Source: a virus
Taxonomy: Duplodnaviria; Caudoviricetes
DNA length: 64,000 nt
Direction: 5' to 3' (one strand)
IMG/VR virus record: IMGVR_UViG_3300033463_000038
Location: 1 to 64,000 of that record
Shown here: one piece after another, positions 1 through 9,055 of the stretch
Numbering within the stretch: the first letter of the stretch is position 1
Layout: each line of letters starts with the position of its first letter
Notes under the pieces: model-generated
What the model saw: the letters and a program-made list of their open reading frames with translations, nothing else
What the model was told of the DNA's origin: nothing
Database searches by the model: none
Program-made: the position numbers and the translations under genes

Positions 1-327
1 AAACTACCAGCAGAAGATGTAAAGAAGGCAGTCTTCTATCTAAATCACTTCTACGCCAACATGACGAAACTCAGCAAGATTGTCGTTTGCTTGGAAGAGG
101 AAATTCCTGCTCTCGTAAAGAAGATGGAGAGATTCTGTGAAGTCGAAGATGTGCCTTGCATCAGAAGAGCAATGGAGACTATCACTCAGGCTGTTCTAGC
201 TGAAGAGGATCATCTCGATCATCCGCTTCCGCTGCTCTCCGAAGCCGAGTGGAAGCTCACCATCACTGAACTGAAGGTTTACGCTGAGTACATCGCAGAC
301 AAGAAGCCGGAGGACTTCAATGCCTAA
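1..327 (+). CDS. hypothetical protein, 5' end probably upstream of the window
   Basis: Frame is open from base 1 through the ATG at 61; phage-typical codon usage; stop overlaps the gyrB-like start. Confidence 0.7.
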   Translation, partial: KLPAEDVKKAVFYLNHFYANMTKLSKIVVCLEEEIPALVKKMERFCEVEDVPCIRRAMETITQAVLAEEDHLDHPLPLLSEAEWKLTITELKVYAEYIADKKPEDFNA

Positions 328-2206
328 AGCTTATGACGCCAACTCGATCGAGTCGCTCCAGTTCCCAGACTTCGTTCGAAAGAGACCCGACATGTACATG
401 GGCGCTACTACAGGAAAGTACGCTCCTGCGCTCTTCCGTTGTCTGCGTGAGATCATCGACAACTCTCTTGACGAGTATCTCTGCGATCACAACAACGTTC
501 TTCACGTCTTCTACGACACGAGATCTTCTGTATGCACAGTGATCGACAACGGCCGTGGCATTCCGACCGACATCAACGAGAAGACTGGAAAATCAGCTCT
601 CTTCCTGGTGTTCGGTCAGCTTCACTCTGGCGGTAAGTTCGACAAGGACTCTTACAAGGTATCTAGCGGCAAAAACGGGGTGGGGTGCAAGGGTACAGCT
701 GCACTGTCTGAGTGGCTAGTCTCCTTCTCGAACAACAACAAGAACAAGGCATGGATGTGCCAGAAGTTCAAGCGTGGTCTACCTGATGGAACTGTAACTC
801 CAGCATCTATTCCCGCTGAGTTCAAGAGCTGCATCAAGAAGACAGGCACTATCGTTCAGTTCAAGCCCGACATTCAGATCTTCAAAGACGGCATCGAGAT
901 GGATATCCAAAGACTCAAGCGAGAGTTGAAGGATATGCAGTATCTCTGTCCGCGTCTGAACATCCAGCTTCACGTTGACGGCCAGGTCACTTCCTATTAC
1001 AGCGAAACAGGCCTTACAGAGCTCGTCTGCGACGGCAAACAGTACGAACACGTCTTTTCCTACACGGCAGAGAATATCGACGCTGCGATCGCGTTTACGA
1101 AGAAAGACGGAAGCTCTTTCAAGTCTTACGTGAACATCGTCTACACTGACATGGGCGGTACTCATCTCGCTGGGTTCAAGAAGATCATCTGCGACATCGT
1201 CAAGGAGAATTCGAAAAAGCCAATCGCTAACGAAGACATTCTTGAGGGCATGGTCGGCGCTATCCACTACAAGATGGCAGAGCCGCAGTACCAGTCTCAG
1301 ACGAAGAACGAGCTCACATCGGTAGAGGCCAAGGATGACGTGATGAAGCTCCTAGAACAGCCTCTACGCGCATTCTTCAAGAAGAACAAGAGTCTCTTAG
1401 AGAGAATCGTGAAGTATGCCGAAGAGATGTACGCGAAGAAAGAGAAGATGAAGGCCGACAAGGACATGCTGAAAGGTCTCAAGAACATCAACAACTCTGC
1501 TAAGTACATCTCCGAGAAGTTCTCTGACGCCGACAGACGCAAGTACAGAAACGTAGACGACCTCGAGATGTTCGTAGTAGAGGGCGACTCTGCTGGCGGC
1601 CACTTCAAGCAAGCTCGTGAAGGATTCCAAGCCTGTCTAAAGCTTCGCGGAAAGATCATCAACGCTGCAAAGGCTACTCAGACTCAGCTCTTCGGATCCA
1701 CAAAGAAGGGAGCAGAGCAAGACGGAAACCGTGAGATCAAGGACCTGACAGCTGCACTCGGCTGTGGAGTTCTCGACCAGTACGACGAGTCGAAGTTGAG
1801 ATTCAGTAAGCTGATCATCTTGACAGACGCTGACCCTGACGGACTCCATATCACTAACCTCGTTCTCGCATTCCTTCTCAAGTACATGCCCGATCTCGTA
1901 AAGAACGGTCACGTATACACTGTGGACTCTCCGTTGTTCATGGCTAACGGCGCTAACGCTAGAGTATATGGAAACAGCAGAAACGAAGTCGAAAAGAAGA
2001 TGAAGGAAGCGAAGTGCAAGCAGTACACGATCACTCGACTCAAAGGTTGGGGAGAGTGCAACGCTGATGACTTGGCTACTCTCTGTATCTCTCCGAAGAC
2101 TAGAAAGCTGATCCAGATGAAGTATGACGAGAAGACGCTAGATACACTAGAACAGACGATGGCTGGCGACTCTGAGTTCAGAAAAGTTCTACTGGAGGTG
2201 AAGTGA
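320..2206 (+). CDS. gyrB: type IIA topoisomerase ATPase/TOPRIM subunit (GyrB/ParE-like)
   Basis: RKRPDMYMG, EIIDNSLDE, DNGRGIP, LHSGGKF (GHKL); VEGDSAGG, LRGKIIN, DADPDGLHI, RLKGWGE (TOPRIM/C-terminal). Confidence 0.95.
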   Translation: MPKAYDANSIESLQFPDFVRKRPDMYMGATTGKYAPALFRCLREIIDNSLDEYLCDHNNVLHVFYDTRSSVCTVIDNGRGIPTDINEKTGKSALFLVFGQLHSGGKFDKDSYKVSSGKNGVGCKGTAALSEWLVSFSNNNKNKAWMCQKFKRGLPDGTVTPASIPAEFKSCIKKTGTIVQFKPDIQIFKDGIEMDIQRLKRELKDMQYLCPRLNIQLHVDGQVTSYYSETGLTELVCDGKQYEHVFSYTAENIDAAIAFTKKDGSSFKSYVNIVYTDMGGTHLAGFKKIICDIVKENSKKPIANEDILEGMVGAIHYKMAEPQYQSQTKNELTSVEAKDDVMKLLEQPLRAFFKKNKSLLERIVKYAEEMYAKKEKMKADKDMLKGLKNINNSAKYISEKFSDADRRKYRNVDDLEMFVVEGDSAGGHFKQAREGFQACLKLRGKIINAAKATQTQLFGSTKKGAEQDGNREIKDLTAALGCGVLDQYDESKLRFSKLIILTDADPDGLHITNLVLAFLLKYMPDLVKNGHVYTVDSPLFMANGANARVYGNSRNEVEKKMKEAKCKQYTITRLKGWGECNADDLATLCISPKTRKLIQMKYDEKTLDTLEQTMAGDSEFRKVLLEVK

Positions 2207-2333
2207 TGAGTAAATCAGAAAAAATTTTGAGCTTGCATGACTTGATTAGTCATCGTGATTTCGAAAAGGCACTGAGAAAAAATCTTGAAGAATCAAAGAA
2301 GGACAAACCTAAAGCGCAGGAGGTGAAGTGATG
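2194..2333 (+). repeat. 15-bp direct repeat GGAGGTGAAGTGATG (2194-2208 and 2319-2333) flanking the small ORF
   Basis: Exact repeat read from sequence. Confidence 0.9.
2206..2331 (+). CDS. 41-aa hypothetical protein (not in ORF track)
   Basis: GGAGG SD, TGATG coupling at both ends; MSKSEKILSLHDLISHRDFEKALRKNLEESKKDKPKAQEVK. Confidence 0.6.
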   Translation: MSKSEKILSLHDLISHRDFEKALRKNLEESKKDKPKAQEVK

Positions 2334-2570
2334 CTAGAATTCTCAGACAAAGCGAAAATCGCTATGGCAGATGGTCTCATCAACTACATCCGTAATCACA
2401 AGGGCATAACTGGCATCTCGGATAGTTCGGATCCAGAGTGGCACGACGGAAAGCGGTTCGTCCACATCGACTACGAGGGCGTCGAGGAGTATCTTGCTCC
2501 GGGAGAAGCTATCTGCGACGCCATCGGAGCTGCATGCAAAGCTGACGACGTGGACTTCGGCGTAGACTGA
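2331..2570 (+). CDS. hypothetical protein
   Basis: GGAGG SD, ATG at 2331 coupled to upstream stop. Confidence 0.75.
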   Translation: MLEFSDKAKIAMADGLINYIRNHKGITGISDSSDPEWHDGKRFVHIDYEGVEEYLAPGEAICDAIGAACKADDVDFGVD

Positions 2571-2583
2571 CAATAGACTAACA

Positions 2584-2622
2584 ACAACGATGGCGCTGAC
2601 CAGAAATCAGCGCCATCGTTGT
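2584..2622. terminator. 16-bp perfect hairpin between convergent genes
   Basis: ACAACGATGGCGCTGA-ccagaaa-TCAGCGCCATCGTTGT. Confidence 0.75.
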
Positions 2623-2624
2623 AC

Positions 2625-2885
2625 TCAGTCGTCGAACGCTAGGTCAGCAGACCAGGGACGGTTGAAGAAGTCGCAGCTCTTTCGTATCAAGCCCGACGCC
2701 TTCTCTTCGCGAGTCATGCGACGGTTCGGATTCGATTCAGCCTTCGCAGAGATGAACTCGAAGTTGCCACGCATGCAGCACTGCTTCAAGAAGTACTCGT
2801 TAACTTTGCCTTCTCCAGGAATGCCGCAGATAGTGAAGTACTTCTCTGGCTTTTTCTTCTCTTTGTATATGACAGACACCCACAT
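2625..2885 (-). CDS. hypothetical early protein
   Basis: AAGGAG SD; second gene behind the early promoter at 3263-3291. Confidence 0.75.
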   Translation of the reverse strand: MWVSVIYKEKKKPEKYFTICGIPGEGKVNEYFLKQCCMRGNFEFISAKAESNPNRRMTREEKASGLIRKSCDFFNRPWSADLAFDD

Positions 2886-2896
2886 ATAGTATCTCC

Positions 2897-3232
2897 TTAG
2901 TCGTTGTTGCGCCAGTTACGAGTTGCAGATTCCGGAATCGGGTCTTTAATGCCTTTCTTAGCAAGACGAATACGATGAAGTTCGACGAAAGCTCCCTGAG
3001 ACTGATCACACCAGTTCTCGGGCCAACAAGAGAACGCGCCGTTTGGATCGATGTCAATCTTCTGGTCCTTCCAGAAGATATAGTAGCCAGTAGCGCCTTC
3101 ACGACAGATCTGAATCTGAAGGTCGTTGAGCTGAAGTTCGTTCTCGATAGTGCCGAGATCTTCGCCAGACGGAGAGTAGAGGGTGCCGAGAGAAGACGGA
3201 AGGTTGATGTCGTGATTGATCGAAATAGCCAT
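2897..3232 (-). CDS. hypothetical early protein
   Basis: AAAGGACC RBS directly downstream of an early promoter. Confidence 0.8.
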   Translation of the reverse strand: MAISINHDINLPSSLGTLYSPSGEDLGTIENELQLNDLQIQICREGATGYYIFWKDQKIDIDPNGAFSCWPENWCDQSQGAFVELHRIRLAKKGIKDPIPESATRNWRNND

Positions 3233-3262
3233 TGTCTGGTCCTTTGTTGAAGTTACGGTGTA

Positions 3263-3291
3263 AATATAAGTAATTCCAGAGAAACTCTAAA
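3263..3291 (-). promoter_or_regulatory. early sigma70-like promoter
   Basis: gggTTTAGA-N17-TATATT. Confidence 0.8.
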
Positions 3292-3320
3292 CCCTAAATT
3301 GGAGAAAACTCAAAAAAAAT

Positions 3321-4217
3321 ATGTTCCAAGGTGCAGACAATATCAGAGGCCATAAAGAGAAGATCGAGATGACCGAAGAGCAGCTCGAAGAGTACGTGAA
3401 GTGCAAGACAGACATCTTCCACTTCGCGAAGTACTTCTACATTCTAACTCCTAAGGGCTCAAGACCTATCCCTTTGCGTGAGTACCAGATCCGTGAGGTG
3501 AAGACGCTGTGCGCAAAGGTAGAGGGAAAGAACAACCGCATCATCATGCAGGGACGTCAGTCGGGAAAGACGACTATCGCTACGCTGTATCTGACTTGGA
3601 AAGCGCTGTTCGAAGAAGACAAGACGATCGCTATCCTCGCTAACAAGCTGTCTCAGGCGCTGGAAATCATGGCTCGTATCAGAGACGCGTATGTTCGACT
3701 GCCTCTGTGGCTCCAGCAGGGAATCGATCCACAGCGTGGAGGCTGGTCTAAGTCCTGTATAGGTCTCGACAACGGCACTAAGGTCTTCGCGGCTGCATCA
3801 TCTTCATCTGCTATTCGTGGTAAGTCAGTAAACTACATGCTCGTGGACGAGTTCGCTCACTTGGATGACTCGATCGCAGATGACTTCATTCAGTCAGTTA
3901 TGCCGGTGCAGGCATCTGACCCGGACGCTGAGCTGATCTTGATCTCTACCCCTAACGGAATGAATCACTTTGCCGACATCTGGCAGAAAGCTGTCGCTGG
4001 CGAGAACTCGTTCATTCCCTGTAAGGTGCAATGGCACGAGATCGATGGTCGTGATGAAGCTTGGAAGGCTAGAATCATTCGTGACTACGGCGTCAAGCAC
4101 TTCGCTCAGGAATATGCGTGCTGTGATGGAGAACAGCTAGTCAAGATCCGTAGAAACGGCGTCGAGAGCGTCGTATCCATGAAGGAACTCGCTAGCATTC
4201 TCGAGTATCAGCTGTAA
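3321..4217 (+). CDS. gp17: terminase large subunit N-terminal (ATPase) half fused to a split-intein N-fragment
   Basis: LREYQ, GRQSGKTT (Walker A), IRG..MLVDEFAH (Walker B), ISTPNGMNHF; ends FAQEYA then an intein block A; no nuclease domain. Confidence 0.92.
   Translation: MFQGADNIRGHKEKIEMTEEQLEEYVKCKTDIFHFAKYFYILTPKGSRPIPLREYQIREVKTLCAKVEGKNNRIIMQGRQSGKTTIATLYLTWKALFEEDKTIAILANKLSQALEIMARIRDAYVRLPLWLQQGIDPQRGGWSKSCIGLDNGTKVFAAASSSSAIRGKSVNYMLVDEFAHLDDSIADDFIQSVMPVQASDPDAELILISTPNGMNHFADIWQKAVAGENSFIPCKVQWHEIDGRDEAWKARIIRDYGVKHFAQEYACCDGEQLVKIRRNGVESVVSMKELASILEYQL
4119..4217 (+). mobile_element. atypical split intein N-fragment (32 aa)
   Basis: CCDGEQLVKIRRNGVESVVSMKELASILEYQL: C-x-x-G-E-x-x-V...NG...I/M-x-E-L pattern at the QE(F/Y)x|C site used by known TerL split inteins. 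Confidence 0.85.
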
Positions 4218-4422
4218 CTTCTTTTGCTGTCTTAGAGGGACTCATTTTCCAGTCAATCATTTCGAAACCGTTGTACTCAGCGATGTCCTTGAGTTTCTCA
4301 TCGTCGAGGTCGTTGCTGATGAACATTCCTCTTGCACGGTTTGCGATGATCTGAGCCTGACGATCTGTGATCTCTTGCTTGGATTCTACTGTGAAAGGGA
4401 TGTAGATGGTCTTAGTGAACAT
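4192..4422 (-). CDS. hypothetical early protein
   Basis: AACAAGGACC RBS; convergent overlap with terminase 3' end. Confidence 0.7.
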   Translation of the reverse strand: MFTKTIYIPFTVESKQEITDRQAQIIANRARGMFISNDLDDEKLKDIAEYNGFEMIDWKMSPSKTAKEVTADTREC

Positions 4423-4434
4423 AATTGGTCCTTG

Positions 4435-4692
4435 TTAGTCAATTTCCACATTTACTTGCAGATATGCCGTCTTATAAGGGTTCACATATACCTTGTGATT
4501 CCTATTAGGTCCCTTCGGTATCTCCTGCACAGTCATTCCAGTGATAGGGACTACTTCGGTGGTATGCTTATATTGCGAATATGCCGCTTCTGTTCTGCTG
4601 GACGTATAATTGACCTGACACTGAACGACGTCAGTATCGGACAAGGGTTCGAGCATTTTAAGCAGTTCTGCTTTAGTTATAATAGTTTTCAT
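4435..4692 (-). CDS. hypothetical early protein
   Basis: GGAGG SD, in operon behind early promoter. Confidence 0.7.
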   Translation of the reverse strand: MKTIITKAELLKMLEPLSDTDVVQCQVNYTSSRTEAAYSQYKHTTEVVPITGMTVQEIPKGPNRNHKVYVNPYKTAYLQVNVEID

Positions 4693-4863
4693 TCAGTTAT
4701 CCTCCGTTGAAGATTCGTTATAGTCGACACCGGTGGGAGTCGCAGTCATTGCTCCACGGTAGCCCTTGTCGATGAATCGATCAAATGCTTTGTTCATAGC
4801 GTCGTCTTCATCTTCAGCGACGACTAGAAATTCAGTGTTTATGCTTACGCAGTATTCTTTCAT
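4693..4863 (-). CDS. 56-aa hypothetical early protein (not in ORF track)
   Basis: CAACAAGGACC RBS; MKEYCVSINTEFLVVAEDEDDAMNKAFDRF...; stop abuts next ATG. Confidence 0.7.
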   Translation of the reverse strand: MKEYCVSINTEFLVVAEDEDDAMNKAFDRFIDKGYRGAMTATPTGVDYNESSTEDN

Positions 4864-4897
4864 GGTCATGGTCCTTGTTGTTTTTGTTTACATGTCA

Positions 4898-4926
4898 AAT
4901 ATAAGTATATTTCAGAGAAATCTAAA
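4898..4926 (-). promoter_or_regulatory. early promoter
   Basis: gggTTTAGA-N17-TATATT. Confidence 0.8.
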
Positions 4927-5028
4927 CCCATAAATTGCGACTTTCTCAAAAGCTGTCGCGAAATAAAAATTCTGCAAAAATGAGTATATTTACATTATCA
5001 TCCACACAACGGATGAGAAGGATAATAT

Positions 5029-6339
5029 ATGTCAAAGAAAGATAGAAAAGCAAAAGATATTGGCAAGACTACAACTAACGACTTCGGAACTGGTCCAGCA
5101 GCATTCAGCAAGGCCGACGAAATCATCAAGGAAATCAAGAAAGACAAGGAGCTCAACAAGCTCGTAATCAATCCCGAGACGATGAAGTATGAATGGCTCA
5201 ACACAAACGTCATCTCACTAAACCTCGTCTTCTCCGGAAAGATTCGTGGCGGTATCAAGAAGGGCGCTATCACCTCTATGGCTGCTGACTCTCAGCTCGG
5301 TAAGTCATTGATCGGCTACAACCTTCTGCAGTGCGCCTACCGTTCTGGTATGGCTTGCGTCGTAATCGACTCTGAACACGCTATCAACCTCGACCTCCTC
5401 AAGCAGCTCGGTATCGATCTGGACAAGATCGTAATCTACCAGACATCGAAGATCAACGAGCTCAAGCAGATCTTCGCTCGCATCAACAAGGGCAAGAGCC
5501 GCGAAGAGTCGATGAACACGTTCGTCCTGATGGACTCTTGGGGTCCTATCGTGGAAGTTCAGGTGATGGAGAATGCAGAAGAGGCATCCTCTTCCGTGAA
5601 CATGTCTGGCGCTAAGTTCAAGAACGAGCTCGCTAACATCATCAACGCATGCGGCAACACTACATTCGTGATCAACCACGTCTACTGCTCTCTCGAAAAG
5701 TATGGCGAGAAGTTCAAGATTCCTGGCGGTAAGAGATTGTTCTTCAACTCTGACTCTATCGGCCTCGCTTCCTCTGCTGCTAAGTACAAGGACGCTCAGG
5801 ACAACATCCTCGGAAAGGTCGTTACGGTCGGCGTCAAGAAGGGTAGAGGAGCTAAGGAATTCCTCAAGACCAAGTACCTCATCCGTCATGACGGCGGTCT
5901 TGATCCGTACTTCGGTCTGCTCGATGACGCTATGGAAGCTGAAGTGGTCTTCAAGCCGAAGCCTGGTTACTACGCTAGAACCGACTACGACGTAGACAAG
6001 GAAACTGGTGAAGTCAAGAAGATGTGGAAAGAATCGGAGCTCTACTGCTCTACATTCTGGATTCCGCTCTACCGCGATCAGAAGTTCGTAGACTACTGCG
6101 AAGACAAGTACAGCTTCATCAACGCTAAGCTCATCTCTGCTTCTGTCGACGTCATGGCTCTCATCGACGGCGCTGCTGAGATCACAGACGAGACGATGCC
6201 CGTCATCAACGCTGGCGACGAGGAAGCTCAGTTCGAAGCTGAGTACGGAGACGAGAACGAAGATCTCGAACTCGATGGCGCAGGAATCTTCCAGAAGTAC
6301 TCGAAGGAAGAGATCGAGGCCGCTAAGAACGAAGACTAA
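5029..6339 (+). CDS. uvsX: RecA-like recombinase UvsX
   Basis: TNVISLNLVFSG, ADSQLGKS Walker A variant, IDSEHA, MDSWG, INHVY, GGKRLFF; directly upstream of helicase. Confidence 0.88.
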   Translation: MSKKDRKAKDIGKTTTNDFGTGPAAFSKADEIIKEIKKDKELNKLVINPETMKYEWLNTNVISLNLVFSGKIRGGIKKGAITSMAADSQLGKSLIGYNLLQCAYRSGMACVVIDSEHAINLDLLKQLGIDLDKIVIYQTSKINELKQIFARINKGKSREESMNTFVLMDSWGPIVEVQVMENAEEASSSVNMSGAKFKNELANIINACGNTTFVINHVYCSLEKYGEKFKIPGGKRLFFNSDSIGLASSAAKYKDAQDNILGKVVTVGVKKGRGAKEFLKTKYLIRHDGGLDPYFGLLDDAMEAEVVFKPKPGYYARTDYDVDKETGEVKKMWKESELYCSTFWIPLYRDQKFVDYCEDKYSFINAKLISASVDVMALIDGAAEITDETMPVINAGDEEAQFEAEYGDENEDLELDGAGIFQKYSKEEIEAAKNED

Positions 6340-6359
6340 AAGTTTTCCTTCTCAACAAC

Positions 6360-6396
6360 AGAGTCTGGATGTAAATATCGTCCAGACTCTTTTTTC
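6360..6396 (+). terminator. intrinsic terminator
   Basis: AGAGTCTGGA-loop-TCCAGACTCT then T-run. Confidence 0.8.
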
Positions 6397-6410
6397 TATT
6401 TTGGTATATC

Positions 6411-7862
6411 ATGGTGAATGTACAGTTTCCGCACTTAATTTTGAAGACTTTATACGCTAATCAGTCCGTCAGAGACAGAGTTACTCCGTTCCTGAAAGAC
6501 GACTGGTTCAGAGAAAACGAGAATATCAGCACTATCGTATCTAAGATAATCGACTACATGGAGAAGTGGGGCAGATTTCCTTCCGTCATCGAGTCGAGAA
6601 CTATGTTCAGAAACGACATGGGCGTTCTTGAAGAGTTTGACGCCGCTATCGCTATTCCAGACGAGGAGGCGCAGAGCGAGTCTATCCTTGACGACATTCA
6701 GGACTTCATCCGTAAGAAGCTCATGTATGAAGTTACGCTGAAAGTCCAAGAGTATCTCTTCTCCCACGGAGAGCCTCCATCTGGTGACTCGTTCGCTCAG
6801 ATGATGGCTGACGCTGAGTCGTTCAGCTTTGACACTGACGTAGGCTTCGACCTTGTTGACGACATTGACGAAGTCTATGAAGAGATGATCCAAGCCGTCA
6901 ACATCATTCCTACGGGCATCAAGGAGTTCGACAACCTCATGAACGGAGGCATCCCAGACAAGGTCATGATCGGCATCTTGGCTGGCACTAACGTGGGTAA
7001 GACGCTAATGATGAGCTGTATGGCGTCCAACATCATGGCTAGAGGAAAGAATGTGCTATACATCACGTTCGAAGACTCGAAGACTAAGATCGCTACTAGA
7101 ATGATGCAGAACCTGTGCGACATCTCGCAAGAACAGCTCAAGATGCTCAACAGGAACTCCTTCGTCGCCCTCAAGAACAAGATGAAGGCTATGTCAGCTA
7201 CTCACTTGAAGATCGTGGAACTCGAGGAAGCAGCCGTGAACACGATGAGAGTCAGGACGTTGTTGAAGGACTTGAAGGAAAAGAAAAAGTTCGAGCCAGA
7301 CATCATCTTCTTGGACTACGTCGGATGTATGATTCCTAACGGTCGTCCGAACCCGAACCTGAACACCAACACTATCCTGCAGAAGGTAGTCGCTGAGTGG
7401 CGTGGCTCTATCTGCATGAAGCTCGGCATTCCTACGGTGACGGGCTTCCAGGTCAACAGAGGTGGCGCAGACAGCGCATCTGTTGGCTTGACGGACATCG
7501 CAGACTCATTCGGCTCTACGACTAAGGTTGACGCTATGTTCGCTACGACTCAGGACCAGACGATGCTAGAGAACGGCATGTACAAGCTCAAGGTCGCTAA
7601 GACGAGATTGAAGAACAACAAGAACACTGAAGTGATGATAGGCGTATGTATCGACAAGCAGCAGATCTATGACTTGAACTCTTCACCAAGCTCAAGAACG
7701 CCACAATTGACTAATACTGCACCAGCAGCTCTGCCGACACCCACTCCAGTCGATCAGATAGCAGAAGAGAAGCATATAGAAGCTAAAAACACTGATACAG
7801 CAGACAACGCTTATGTAGCGACAGCGAAAGTAGATCTCGACAAGATAAACGAGATATTGTAG
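6411..7862 (+). CDS. gp41: DnaB-like replicative helicase
   Basis: IPTG, AGTNVGKT, VLYITFE, IFLDY, QVNRGG, IADSFG, KTR. Confidence 0.93.
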   Translation: MVNVQFPHLILKTLYANQSVRDRVTPFLKDDWFRENENISTIVSKIIDYMEKWGRFPSVIESRTMFRNDMGVLEEFDAAIAIPDEEAQSESILDDIQDFIRKKLMYEVTLKVQEYLFSHGEPPSGDSFAQMMADAESFSFDTDVGFDLVDDIDEVYEEMIQAVNIIPTGIKEFDNLMNGGIPDKVMIGILAGTNVGKTLMMSCMASNIMARGKNVLYITFEDSKTKIATRMMQNLCDISQEQLKMLNRNSFVALKNKMKAMSATHLKIVELEEAAVNTMRVRTLLKDLKEKKKFEPDIIFLDYVGCMIPNGRPNPNLNTNTILQKVVAEWRGSICMKLGIPTVTGFQVNRGGADSASVGLTDIADSFGSTTKVDAMFATTQDQTMLENGMYKLKVAKTRLKNNKNTEVMIGVCIDKQQIYDLNSSPSSRTPQLTNTAPAALPTPTPVDQIAEEKHIEAKNTDTADNAYVATAKVDLDKINEIL

Positions 7863-7873
7863 GAGAAACGAAG

Positions 7874-8248
7874 ATGATAAACAGCGACGACAAAATAGAA
7901 GCGCTAGAGCGAGAGACGGCTAAAGCCGAATTTTTCGATCTGTTGAGAAGACAGGGATACGACATGTATGATCTGGAAGAGGGCAGCAAATTGCCTAAGT
8001 GTCTCATTCCTATCATCGAAAAGAAGGACTTGAATTCCTTCATTCTCTTCAACAGTACGCTAGAGCACATTCACCACAAACATGGGATCTCTGTAACCGA
8101 CATGTGCAAGTATCTCATGGAGGATTTCTTCGACGAGAAGCAGATCCTAACTCTTCTTCAAACTAATCTCTATGACGCTCTGTACTTAGAGCTGCAGAAG
8201 AAGAACGGCATGGCAGTCGAACGAACGAGCAAATTCCTGATCAAGTAA
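7874..8248 (+). CDS. putative late-transcription co-activator (gp33-like)
   Basis: C-terminal GISVTDMCKYLME...ILTLL...LYLE resembles gp33; 33-59-32 synteny. Confidence 0.45.
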   Translation: MINSDDKIEALERETAKAEFFDLLRRQGYDMYDLEEGSKLPKCLIPIIEKKDLNSFILFNSTLEHIHHKHGISVTDMCKYLMEDFFDEKQILTLLQTNLYDALYLELQKKNGMAVERTSKFLIK

Positions 8249-8249
8249 T

Positions 8250-8951
8250 ATGAACGCATCTGACGCATACTCGATACTCTATCTCTTCAACAAAGAGATT
8301 CGCAAGACTAGCAAGACACTGAGCTTAGGAAACGTGTTCAGTGAAGCAGCATGGGCAGTAGCGCAAGACGAGATGGAGGCAGCTGTCGCTTATGGAAAGC
8401 GTCCAGTGATCGACAAGATGGGACGTGATCGCTGCATTAAGCTAGCAAATGCTCTCGAATGCGGTCAGATGAACATGAAGACGTTGAAAGTGTACATGGT
8501 AGGCGAGTACATCAGGAAGAACAAAGGATGCTTCTTCAAGCGCAAGAAAGACGGCAGTCTGTACATGAAGGGAACTAAGAAGGATCCAGACAAGAAGAAA
8601 GTCGTCTACAACGCTGTCGATATCGAGAGCATAGGAAGGCTGGAAGGTATCGATCTGTATAAGCCAGAGAATCTCAAGAAGCAGTTAGAGATTCTCAAAG
8701 AAGCAGCTCAGACGAACGTAAGCGTCATCAATCCTAGAGAAAATCAGACAAACGTGCTCTATGATCTGCTTTGTGAAGGCAAGATCGGACTTCATCTGTA
8801 CTTGCATCTTTGGAATCTGAACGACGGATTTGGAATCGACGTGAACAGCAAGGCAGCAGAAGAAGAATACAAGAGATTCCTCAAGATGGTACAGTGGCTC
8901 GTCAAAGACGGTTTCGATCTGAACGACATCTGGTTCCACGATCGAGCGTGA
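8250..8951 (+). CDS. hypothetical protein, possibly helicase loader (gp59-like)
   Basis: Size and position just before gp32; MNASDAY start; weak sequence support. Confidence 0.35.
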   Translation: MNASDAYSILYLFNKEIRKTSKTLSLGNVFSEAAWAVAQDEMEAAVAYGKRPVIDKMGRDRCIKLANALECGQMNMKTLKVYMVGEYIRKNKGCFFKRKKDGSLYMKGTKKDPDKKKVVYNAVDIESIGRLEGIDLYKPENLKKQLEILKEAAQTNVSVINPRENQTNVLYDLLCEGKIGLHLYLHLWNLNDGFGIDVNSKAAEEEYKRFLKMVQWLVKDGFDLNDIWFHDRA

Positions 8952-9055
8952 GAGAATTTTGAAGTGACGGTTTTTTCCTATATATAACATGTCCAAGCGA
9001 GAAATACTCGTGGGAGACGGCAAGTTAAGATAAAGGAAAATCCAAAGGTAATAAG

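Noticed and set aside
4192-4863. Homing endonuclease or intein C-half next to the split terminase
   Set aside because: Only small opposite-strand ORFs without HNH, GIY-YIG, LAGLIDADG or Hint motifs
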